DNA from: Candidatus Saccharimonadota bacterium
Lineage (GTDB): Bacteria; Pseudomonadota; Alphaproteobacteria; CAJXXZ01; 1604HC
DNA length: 32,000 bases
Assembly: GCF_008189285.1 (NCBI RefSeq)
Contig: NZ_CP043315.1
Coordinates: 480,001-512,000, forward strand
Direction: 5' to 3'
Shown: in pieces, positions 9,457 to 17,370 of the stretch
Layout: each line of letters starts with the position of its first letter
Numbering within the stretch: the stretch's first letter is position 1
Made by a program: the position numbers and the translations under genes
Notes under the pieces: model-generated
The model's input: only the letters and a program-made list of their open reading frames with translations
The model's database searches: none
What the model was told of the DNA's origin: nothing

Positions 9457-10722
9457 ATGAATAATATTATTGCAGCAATTCTTTTTGCATGCACATTTGG
9501 ATTGAAAGTTAATTGCGCTCAAGCAGGTGCTAGAAGTTTGACCTCAAGCCTAAGAGGAAAGATAGGATCTTTTTCAAGCTCATCAGGTTATAGCGCAGGT
9601 TATAGCAGTGTACCATATGTAGATCAGCGAGTAGAAAAGTTAAAGCATGATATTGAAATATATAGACAATTCAACGAAGAGGAAGTAAATACTTTTGTAA
9701 ATTTACCTCTATTGAAAACATTTCTGCTTTACAATAATAGAAGAAGGTCTGAAAATGAATTATCTGGAAATTCAATAACATTCTCAAAACATGAAATTAC
9801 AGATATTATAGCTCCATTTTTTGTAGATTATGATTTGATTGAAAAAGTGCTTGATAAATCATGTTCTTTTCATAAACTACATCATCCTGCAAATGCTTTG
9901 AAATGGTTCTTTGCGCAAAAAATAGAACATCTTGATTTTTATCCTCCTCATTATCATAAGTTCAGAGAGCATGATCATTCAATCAAATCATACTGTGCAT
10001 TGTATGGTGATGAAGTAAGGAGAAAAGAATTATTTGATGGGAGAAAAATAAGATTTGGCATAGTGGAAGGATCATTAAATCAAAGATTATTTTTAGTGAA
10101 AGGAGCATTAGAGCAAAGAGTATTTGCTTTATGTCCTAATGTCCAAGAAATTGATGGATCAACAAGAGCGCTTGTATCAGAAATTAAACCTCTAAATTTG
10201 TCTCAATTGAGAAAAATCTCTTTATGTAGCGAAAACATGCTCGCATCACTTAAAGCAAATACATTAAATCTCCCAAATCTAGAATCTATATACATTGGAT
10301 ATTCTGGAATTACAGAAATAGAAGAAGGAACGTTTGAAAAGTGCCCTAAATTAAAATCTATATCCTTTGCCAATAACAAAATAACAGAATTTGGATCAGC
10401 GCAATTAAAAGGAGTTAATTTAAATCAACTGGAAGAATTAGATCTATCTGAAAACCCTCTTGATCAATCTTCCAAAGATTATGTAAACAACATTAAAAAT
10501 CAAATTAAAAATAGAAATGACCTTAAAGCTGAAGAAGAAAAATGGAGAAAAGCAATAGAATTATCAGAAGAAGGTGAAATTGCATGCATTCATTATCAGT
10601 TCGACAAAACTTTCCCATACACAAAATTGTTCCCATCAAATCTAGCAACATATCAATTCACCCCAAACCAATTAAGCATTACAGAGCAACTAACAGATAC
10701 AACACTTGATGAAATAGATTGA
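9457..10722 (+). CDS. Secreted LRR protein, family A (421 aa)
   Basis: Signal-like MNNIIAAILFACTFGLKVNCAQA. Motifs KHDIEIYRQ, LLKTFLLYNNRRR, SKHEITDIIAPFFVD and HPANALKWFFAQ are present. LRRs: LPNLESIYIGYSGITEIEEGTFEKCPKLKSISFANNKITEFG...LEELDLSENPL. TGTATAATTTGCAAAG (9415-9430) lies 27-42 nt upstream of the start. Confidence 0.85.
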   Translation: MNNIIAAILFACTFGLKVNCAQAGARSLTSSLRGKIGSFSSSSGYSAGYSSVPYVDQRVEKLKHDIEIYRQFNEEEVNTFVNLPLLKTFLLYNNRRRSENELSGNSITFSKHEITDIIAPFFVDYDLIEKVLDKSCSFHKLHHPANALKWFFAQKIEHLDFYPPHYHKFREHDHSIKSYCALYGDEVRRKELFDGRKIRFGIVEGSLNQRLFLVKGALEQRVFALCPNVQEIDGSTRALVSEIKPLNLSQLRKISLCSENMLASLKANTLNLPNLESIYIGYSGITEIEEGTFEKCPKLKSISFANNKITEFGSAQLKGVNLNQLEELDLSENPLDQSSKDYVNNIKNQIKNRNDLKAEEEKWRKAIELSEEGEIACIHYQFDKTFPYTKLFPSNLATYQFTPNQLSITEQLTDTTLDEID

Positions 10723-11011
10723 TTATATCAAACCATATATTTATCTTATTCTTCTCATAGCTTATTTCTGCAATATGATGCCATATTAATAGAAGGTCAA
10801 AATTCTAATCATGAAAAATCTAACTAGATAACATTTTATAAATTTGAAGTGATCCTAACAATAATTTTAAAATAACCCTAATATTAAAATAATTCTAATT
10901 AACAATGAATTAGTTTATAAAAAACACTGAAATAGCGCTAATAATTGCGAATTTACAAAAATACAAATTAAGCAGCTATATATTATTTTCATGAATTTTT
11001 TAAGTTCAAAA

Positions 11012-11051
11012 AAATAATTCCTTTGCAATCTAAATAATTCCTTTGCAATCT
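11012..11051. repeat. 20-bp perfect tandem duplication (AAATAATTCCTTTGCAATCT x2)
   Basis: Read directly from the sequence. It lies in the 556-bp ORF-free spacer between the 9457 gene and accD. Confidence 0.9.
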
Positions 11052-11109
11052 GTTTATTAAATGTTTTTCTTATCATAATGCATATGATAAAATTGTTTCA
11101 ATAAAATCC

Positions 11110-11228
11110 ATTTGTTGAATTTATGCTACAAATCACCAGGAGCACTTTCTGATCTTTTAAATCTAATTTTAGAAATCCAGCTTGTTAATCAATTATAGAT
11201 ATGCCCTACTATAATGATAAATTTAATA
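11110..11228 (-). pseudogene. Decayed duplicate of the accD 5' end plus its upstream leader
   Basis: About 80% identical by eye to 12031..12150. The translated relic reads N*LTSWISKIRFKRSESAPGDL*HKFNK, against AccD NWLTSWIPKIRSERSESVPDDLWHKCNK. The start codon is lost (1-nt deletion) and two Trp codons have become stops. Confidence 0.6.
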
Positions 11229-11278
11229 TTGTATGAGATATTTCCTTGGCAATTTATATGAAATAATTTCCTTAACAG

Positions 11279-12118
11279 TTACTTTAATATATTAATGATT
11301 CTGTTAATTTCTAATGCAATTTTTGATCTATGCACTATTTTATCTACGAATCCATTTTTAAATTGGAATTCTGAGCTCTGGAAATCCTTTGGCAATTCTT
11401 CTCCGATTGTTTGTTGAATAACTCTTTTTCCTGCAAATCCTACTAAGGCTCCAGGCTCTGCTAATGTCACAGTTCCTAACATGGCAAATGAGGCTTGAAC
11501 TCCACCAGTTGTCGGATCGCATAGAACGGAAATATAAGGAATTCCTGCATCTTTCACTTTCTTAACAGCAATAGTTGTGCGAGCCATTTGCATTAATGAA
11601 AATATACCTTCTTGCATTCTAGCTCCACCAGAAGATGAGAAAAGCACCAATGGAATCTTATTTCGTATAGAAATTTCTGCAGCATGCACAATTGCATTTC
11701 CTAGCGCTCTCCCCATTGATCCGCCAATAAATGCAAAGTCCATTGCTAATGCAACAACAGAATTCCCTTCTAATTTACCAACTCCAATTTCAAAGCAATC
11801 ATCCATATCACATTTTGCACGCGCTTTTTTTAATCTAGATTTATAAGACACTGTATCAGAGAAATTAATAGGATCATCTTGCAATCTCGGAGGAATTTCA
11901 GTCTTAAAATTACTTTCTGAGCCAAAAAATGACACCAATCTATGATGGGCACGCATTCTTTCATGATGATCACAAATAGTGCAAACCCACATATTATCTA
12001 CCATATGTGATCTAAAAATCATTTCCTCGCATTTATTACATTTATGCCATAGATCATCAGGAACACTCTCTGACCTTTCAGATCTAATTTTAGGAATCCA
12101 ACTTGTTAGCCAATTCAT
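11279..12118 (-). CDS. accD: Acetyl-CoA carboxylase carboxyltransferase beta subunit
   Basis: N-terminal Zn-ribbon CNKCEEMIFRSHMVDNMWVCTICDHHERM. Carboxyltransferase core FIGGSMG, SSGGARMQEG and TTGGVQASFA. Confidence 0.9.
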   Translation of the reverse strand: MNWLTSWIPKIRSERSESVPDDLWHKCNKCEEMIFRSHMVDNMWVCTICDHHERMRAHHRLVSFFGSESNFKTEIPPRLQDDPINFSDTVSYKSRLKKARAKCDMDDCFEIGVGKLEGNSVVALAMDFAFIGGSMGRALGNAIVHAAEISIRNKIPLVLFSSSGGARMQEGIFSLMQMARTTIAVKKVKDAGIPYISVLCDPTTGGVQASFAMLGTVTLAEPGALVGFAGKRVIQQTIGEELPKDFQSSEFQFKNGFVDKIVHRSKIALEINRIINILK

Positions 12119-12260
12119 AAATACATTCTACTATAACGACAAGTTTAATGATAGAAATTGAATAATGGATTTTTTCTTGATTTAAGATTCAATGTGATGC
12201 ATTTATTTTCATTCAAGAGCAGCTTCATAAAACTTTATTGCTACTTAATATTTCTCAACA

Positions 12261-12310
12261 ATTTTAAATTCATTTTTAGAATTGTATTTTAAATTCATTT
12301 TTAGAATTAT
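12261..12310. repeat. 25-bp tandem duplication (ATTTTAAATTCATTTTTAGAATTGT x2, 1 mismatch)
   Basis: Read directly from the sequence. It lies between the 12363 LRR gene and accD. Confidence 0.85.
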
Positions 12311-12362
12311 GAATTGTTTTGTTTAACAAAATAATGCATTTTTAGAAAAAAATCATGCTATA

Positions 12363-13538
12363 TTATCTTTTTATGCAGCTTTGGTTGATTTTGTCTAATA
12401 TTTCATCGCCTCTTAAATCTATTTGTTGTCCTAATGGCACTTTTCTAATAATTTTCATTATATGCTGCAACTTAATTATATATTCTTTGGAAAGCGCATT
12501 TAATGAATTCTTTGACAAATCTAATGCCCTTAATTTTACCACATCTATCCCTTTCAGTTGTTCAAAGCCAAATTCTTTTATTTTGCAATCTTTCAAATAT
12601 ATCTCTTTTAAATTAGGGCATTTCTCAAATGCTCCCGCTTCTATTTCTTCAAGACTGCATGTTAAAAAAGATATACATACTAGATTTGGCAAATCTAATA
12701 TATTTGCTTTGAGAGATTTAAAACTTGCATGATGAAATTTCATTTCTCTCAATTTAAGTAAATTTAAAGGCTTTATATCTGTAACAAATGTTGTCTTGCA
12801 TGATTGAATTGTTAGAGCATTAGGGCAAAAAGCAAATACTCTTTGCTCTAATGCCCCAGAAATTGAACTTAATCTAATCACGCGCTTATTAAGCAATATT
12901 TTTCTCATTTCATCGTCATGCAATGCACAGTATGAACTAATTGCGTGATCATGATTTCTAAACTTATCGTACCTAGCAGGCTGAGAATATAAACCAGTCA
13001 AAAAATTGCCATTTTGTGAATAATCATTACGCCCTCTAATTTGTTGCGCAAAGAACCACTTAAGAGTATTTGCAGGATATTTTAGCTTACTCAATGAGCA
13101 TGAATTATCATGTACTTTTTCAATTATTTTGTCATCTACAAAAAATGGAGCTATAATATCTTCAATTTCGTGATTAGAAAATATTATATTTGAATTCTTA
13201 GACGATGATTTTTCATGCTTGATTTTTCTATTATTGCAAAGTATAAATGTTTTTAGCAAAGCAAGGCTAGCAAAAGAATTTACTTCTTCTTCGGTGCATT
13301 TTTGGTATAATTTTATGTCATGCTTTAACTCTGCAGTTAATTTATCATCTTTCAAACCAAACATTATTGAATCCAATAATTCCTTGCAAATAGGATCCAT
13401 TGAATCAAATCCCAAATTCTCATTATTTGCACAATTAACCTGCAATACAGATGCATATGTAGCAATAATCGCAAAACATCTAATCGCTTCTATTATATTA
13501 ACAATAAATTTCATGCACAAACATAACATATACTTCAA
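12363..13538 (-). CDS. Secreted LRR protein, family A. Close paralog of the 9457 gene.
   Basis: Shares KHDIKLYQK, LLKTFILCNNRK, SNHEIEDIIAPFFVD, YPANTLKWFFAQ, HDHAISSYCALHDDE, GALEQRVFAFCPN and LPNL...EIEAGAFEKCPNLKEIYL with the 9457 product. The likely true start is the ATG at 13514 (MKFIVNIIEAIRCFAIIATYASVLQVNCA), which gives a signal peptide like its paralog. Confidence 0.85.
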   Translation of the reverse strand: MKYMLCLCMKFIVNIIEAIRCFAIIATYASVLQVNCANNENLGFDSMDPICKELLDSIMFGLKDDKLTAELKHDIKLYQKCTEEEVNSFASLALLKTFILCNNRKIKHEKSSSKNSNIIFSNHEIEDIIAPFFVDDKIIEKVHDNSCSLSKLKYPANTLKWFFAQQIRGRNDYSQNGNFLTGLYSQPARYDKFRNHDHAISSYCALHDDEMRKILLNKRVIRLSSISGALEQRVFAFCPNALTIQSCKTTFVTDIKPLNLLKLREMKFHHASFKSLKANILDLPNLVCISFLTCSLEEIEAGAFEKCPNLKEIYLKDCKIKEFGFEQLKGIDVVKLRALDLSKNSLNALSKEYIIKLQHIMKIIRKVPLGQQIDLRGDEILDKINQSCIKR

Positions 13539-13733
13539 TTTAAGTTTAGAAAAATCTTACAAACTTAGCGATGCATTTTATTTTTCATGCAATTCAAGCA
13601 ATGCAATGCTGTCTTATTATTTTAACAATTTGCAATTTTTTATAAATTATTCTATAAATCAACTTAATGAAATTTGCATAATAAACTTAATTAGATTTGT
13701 ATGGTATTTTTGAATAATGAATAATATTTGCCA

Positions 13734-15251
13734 TCAACGAATTTTTCTCAATACATCAATAAATTTATCAACTTCATCATGCGTATTATAAAAAGCAAAT
13801 GACGCCCTTACAGTCCCTTCTATTCCAAATGATCTAATAGAAGGTTGAGCACAATGATGTCCTGTTCTGACTGCAATTCCTTCTTCATCTAGCTTCTTTC
13901 CAACTTCATTGTTATCAATTCCATTAACTATAAAAGATAAAACCCCGACTCTATTAACAGGATTTCCAATTATCTTTACATGATCCAAATTTTTCATTTG
14001 CTCATACGCATATTGCACTATATCATGCTCATGATTCTCCACATTATTCATATCTAATTTATTTAAATATCCAATAGCAGCGCGCAAACCTTCTATGTCA
14101 GCCAAATTTGCAGTCCCAGCTTCATATACATACGGAGATTCTGCGTATTTTACTTGCTCATATTTCACATCATGAATCATTCCTCCACCAACTTGATATG
14201 GAATGCTATTTTTCAATAAATCTTCTCTTCCAAAAACAACTCCGGTTCCAGTTGGCGCAAACATTTTATGTCCAGAAAATACAAAAAAATCACATCCTAA
14301 CTCTTGAACATCAATTTTAATATGCGGAATTGATTGCGCACCATCTAATATAGTAATTGCCCCATGCATTTTTGCTTGTTGAATCATACTTTCTACAGGA
14401 ACTAATGTTCCTAGCGAATTTGCAATATGTGCTAATGAAACAATCTTAGTTTTCTCACTAAGCATATTAGAATATACATCCATAACAATATCTCCATTAG
14501 AATCAATTGGTATAATCTTTAAATTTGCATTTTTTTCTTGAGCTAATTTACGCCATGGCAAAATATTTGAATGATGCTCTAATTGCGTAATTAAAATATC
14601 ATCTCCAGCATTAACTTTTTGCATTCCAATTGTATTAGCAAGCAAATTTAATCCTTCAGTAGCGCCTTTTACAAATATTATCTCTTTTTCAGACCCATTA
14701 ATAAAACTAGCAACTTCTCTGCGCGCTTTATCAAATAATTCTGATGCTTCTTGAGACAATGTGTGCACTCCTCTATGAACATTAGAATTATATTGTGAAT
14801 AATAATTTGATATAGCATCAATTACAACTTTAGGTTTTTGTGATGTAGCTCCATTATCAAGCCAAATAAGTGGCTTTCCATTAATCAATCTACTTAAAAT
14901 CGGAAAATCTTGCCTAATCTGATGCACATCGAATAAATCACGATTAATAATTTGAGAATTATCTCCAGTTATATAGTTGGCATTATTGTAATCAAAACTT
15001 GAAATATCATCCATTGTTTTGTGATTTTCAAATTCACTACACTCTTCATAAATACCACTTACTTCTCTATAATTTCCTAATTCATGCATATCAAAATTTC
15101 CAAATTCGTTCATATTGATTTTTCTTTCATTAGAATGCATTGTACTCAACCTATCAATATTGCGCTTATCTCTTTCACTGCAATAATTCTGACTTTCAAG
15201 CAAATTATTGGAATTATAATTATGCATATTATTTGTAATCTTTTTGCTCAT
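13734..15251 (-). CDS. SufS-type (group II) cysteine desulfurase with a ~105-aa low-complexity N-terminal extension. Candidate encapsulin cargo.
   Basis: The core starts at IRQDFPIL...IWLDNGATSQKP. PLP-Lys motif SGHKMFAPTGTGV and catalytic Cys motif RTGHHCAQP are present. The long form is supported by AGAGGA 6 nt upstream of the ATG at 15251 and by only 11 nt separating it from the upstream gene's stop. Confidence 0.9.
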   Translation of the reverse strand: MSKKITNNMHNYNSNNLLESQNYCSERDKRNIDRLSTMHSNERKINMNEFGNFDMHELGNYREVSGIYEECSEFENHKTMDDISSFDYNNANYITGDNSQIINRDLFDVHQIRQDFPILSRLINGKPLIWLDNGATSQKPKVVIDAISNYYSQYNSNVHRGVHTLSQEASELFDKARREVASFINGSEKEIIFVKGATEGLNLLANTIGMQKVNAGDDILITQLEHHSNILPWRKLAQEKNANLKIIPIDSNGDIVMDVYSNMLSEKTKIVSLAHIANSLGTLVPVESMIQQAKMHGAITILDGAQSIPHIKIDVQELGCDFFVFSGHKMFAPTGTGVVFGREDLLKNSIPYQVGGGMIHDVKYEQVKYAESPYVYEAGTANLADIEGLRAAIGYLNKLDMNNVENHEHDIVQYAYEQMKNLDHVKIIGNPVNRVGVLSFIVNGIDNNEVGKKLDEEGIAVRTGHHCAQPSIRSFGIEGTVRASFAFYNTHDEVDKFIDVLRKIR

Positions 15252-15262
15252 AATTTTCCTCT

Positions 15263-16609
15263 TTAATCGTGGTAATGGCCAATTTCTATATTACACAACA
15301 TAGCTAAAGCATCTGGAACTAAAACTGCTACATTATAGTATTTAGTAATCAAATAATTAATCACTGACATATCATCTGTATTCATTTCTCTTACGCTCAA
15401 ACTTGGAATTCCTCCATAAGAAATATCAGGTTTATTTAATCCAACCACTCCTTGTTTGTCCATTCCTAAACGAATAGCCATCATATTTGTAATTGCCAAG
15501 CCATCATGACGTTTTGTAATACCAATTTTATCACATGGAACCAATGGAACCCCTCTCCACGTAATTAGATTGCTTCCAAACATTCTTACAATTACAGGCG
15601 GAACCCCTCTTTTTGTACATTCTCTTGCAAATGCAGAAATAGCCCTTGGATGCGCTACTATAACAGATGGATCTTTCCATAACATGCCAAGTAATTCATC
15701 CATATCATCTGGAGTTGCAGGCCCAGTTCTAGTGGTAATTTTTCTATCGTGAGAAACCTGATTAATCAATCCATGACTTGCATTATTGAATATTTCCCAC
15801 TCTTCTCTTTCTAATATATTTTGAATTAAAATCTTCAACTGAGATTCAAATTGAGGGTGTGGGTTATTATACAATTCATGTATTCTGCTATGTATTCCAA
15901 GCACAGATTGAATCACATCTAGCTCAATTTCTTCGGGAGATTCATCATACTCTGTATAGCTTTTAGGCATCATTGGTTCATCAGAATAAGAAGAAATTAA
16001 TTTAGCTTTATGCTCTCCGGTATTATATTCATTTTCATAATTCATAATTGAAGATTTTACATAATATCTGAATTCATCTTTTTGAAGCAAATCTTTAAAT
16101 GAATCATTTTCAACAACCAGCATAGATCCTGGAACAGATGTTCTGATTTTAATTTTATCGTAATTTTCATATCCCAAAGCTTTAAACCCTCCAAAGAATT
16201 TTCCAGCTTGTAAATTAGCTATTACAACAGGCTTTTCATTATGATTTAACAGAACTAATTCATATTCACCGCTTAATATTATATAAAACTTATTCTCAGA
16301 TTGATTTTGCTCAATTACCTCTCCTAATATGCAACTTTTTTTAGATGAATTGCCAATAAGTGAAGAAATTTCCTTATTATTTAAATAACTCATCAATTCA
16401 ATTGATTTTACTGATTCTTCATTCAAAGCATGTGGATTGTTTTTATATTTTTTAACTCTATTGATTCTAAATATACCAGTTTCTAAATTTACACATGGAA
16501 GCATCTTCATAAATAATCTAGGAGTAATAAATTCTGCAAAAGCATGTGTATTTTGCACTGCAGATAATACTTTAGCATTTTTAAGGGAATTAATTCTTCT
16601 TTCTTTCAT
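15263..16609 (-). CDS. Candidate family-2B encapsulin shell protein (cNMP-binding-like domain insertion, no HTH)
   Basis: AGGAG lies 5 nt upstream of the ATG. Residues ~25-55 (FITPRLFMKMLPCVNLETGIFRINR) resemble the N-arm segment I recall from family-2 encapsulins. Residues ~65-185 look like a cNMP-binding beta-barrel (FYIILSGEYELVL, GKFFGGFKAL, IRTSV). The remaining ~260 aa show no recognisable DNA-binding motif. The gene is coupled to an extended SufS. The ORF itself is certain; the functional call is an inference. Confidence 0.65.
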   Translation of the reverse strand: MKERRINSLKNAKVLSAVQNTHAFAEFITPRLFMKMLPCVNLETGIFRINRVKKYKNNPHALNEESVKSIELMSYLNNKEISSLIGNSSKKSCILGEVIEQNQSENKFYIILSGEYELVLLNHNEKPVVIANLQAGKFFGGFKALGYENYDKIKIRTSVPGSMLVVENDSFKDLLQKDEFRYYVKSSIMNYENEYNTGEHKAKLISSYSDEPMMPKSYTEYDESPEEIELDVIQSVLGIHSRIHELYNNPHPQFESQLKILIQNILEREEWEIFNNASHGLINQVSHDRKITTRTGPATPDDMDELLGMLWKDPSVIVAHPRAISAFARECTKRGVPPVIVRMFGSNLITWRGVPLVPCDKIGITKRHDGLAITNMMAIRLGMDKQGVVGLNKPDISYGGIPSLSVREMNTDDMSVINYLITKYYNVAVLVPDALAMLCNIEIGHYHD

Positions 16610-16707
16610 TTTATCTCCTATTCAATGACCATAATATTATGAGGAAATTATTACTTAATGGTTAAAAAATGAGCCTAATTACAAGTTATTTGCTAAGCAT
16701 ATATATC

Positions 16708-17019
16708 TTATTGTTGATTATTGAAAAAATTATTATTCATTTCAAGAATGATTTCTCTATTTGATATTCTTCTATTTAATATTTCCACCATTTTTTCAAA
16801 AGAAATATCGTCATCCAACAAAGCAACTCCATTGCTGCATAAGCGAAGATTTCCATTTAATTTTGCAACAGACCATTCTCCATGAACATTTTCTTTATTA
16901 GCATTATTTTGCATCAATTGAGCATAAGGCAATTGAAGTGCATTATCTACAATTCCTGCATCAATGTTCATTGAAATAAAAGTGGATAAAATTATTGTAG
17001 TATTTAATATTCTATTCAT
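16708..17019 (-). CDS. Small hypothetical protein with a signal-peptide-like N-terminus (103 aa)
   Basis: ORF with hydrophobic MNRILNTTIILSTFISMNIDAG. It sits 98 bp upstream of the encapsulin-like gene on the same strand. There is no obvious SD and I recognise no homology. Confidence 0.45.
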   Translation of the reverse strand: MNRILNTTIILSTFISMNIDAGIVDNALQLPYAQLMQNNANKENVHGEWSVAKLNGNLRLCSNGVALLDDDISFEKMVEILNRRISNREIILEMNNNFFNNQQ

Positions 17020-17165
17020 ATTTTTATTATGACATGATATTATTTGATTGCAAGTATTCTTATAAATTCCAATATAATACTTAGTAAATAGATGAAATAT
17101 ATGACAAAAATATCACAACAAATCAAATCAGTTGCAAAATAATCTATTATGATCTATAAAATAAT

Positions 17166-17306
17166 CAGGCTCTTATAAGTGTTTTGTCTGCGAGGCACAA
17201 TAATACTCACGGGAGTCGTCACTGATTTGTTCTGTGGAACATTTTATACGACACCCACCTATACATATAGGCCCCGTGAAGGTGGAATATTTATATGAGT
17301 CGCAGT
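17166..17306. ncRNA. Unassigned candidate structured RNA or leader element
   Basis: A G+C-enriched island in an otherwise very AT-rich 350-bp spacer, with stops in all frames. Complementary segments are TCACGGG (17207-13) with CCCGTGA (17273-79), CCACCT (17255-60) with AGGTGG (17280-85), CTGCGA (17188-93) with TCGCAG (17300-05), and GTCGT (17216-20) with ACGAC (17248-52). The first two are interleaved, so they could form a pseudoknot. The strand is undetermined. Confidence 0.3.
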
Positions 17307-17370
17307 ATTTATTAATATTATTAACAACTTACATTTTAATTGCTTAATAGATAAAATTCATCGAGACAAT

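Noticed and set aside
15263-16609. Crp/Fnr-type transcription factor annotation for the cNMP-domain protein
   Set aside because: At 448 aa it is about twice the size of Crp/Fnr proteins. The cNMP-like domain is internal rather than N-terminal, I could find no C-terminal helix-turn-helix, and it is translationally coupled to an extended SufS.
17166-17306. tmRNA, SRP (4.5S) RNA, tRNA or a known riboswitch as the identity of the GC-rich element
   Set aside because: There is no GGGGC...UCCACCA or T-arm GGTTCGA-type sequence, so not tmRNA or tRNA. There is no GGAA tetraloop with flanking AGCA/GGAAGCAGC, so not SRP RNA. I found only one ACGG-loop hairpin rather than the two needed for guanidine-II. 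No TPP, FMN, B12, ZTP or SAM-II core strings were found in the correct order. It is left unassigned.
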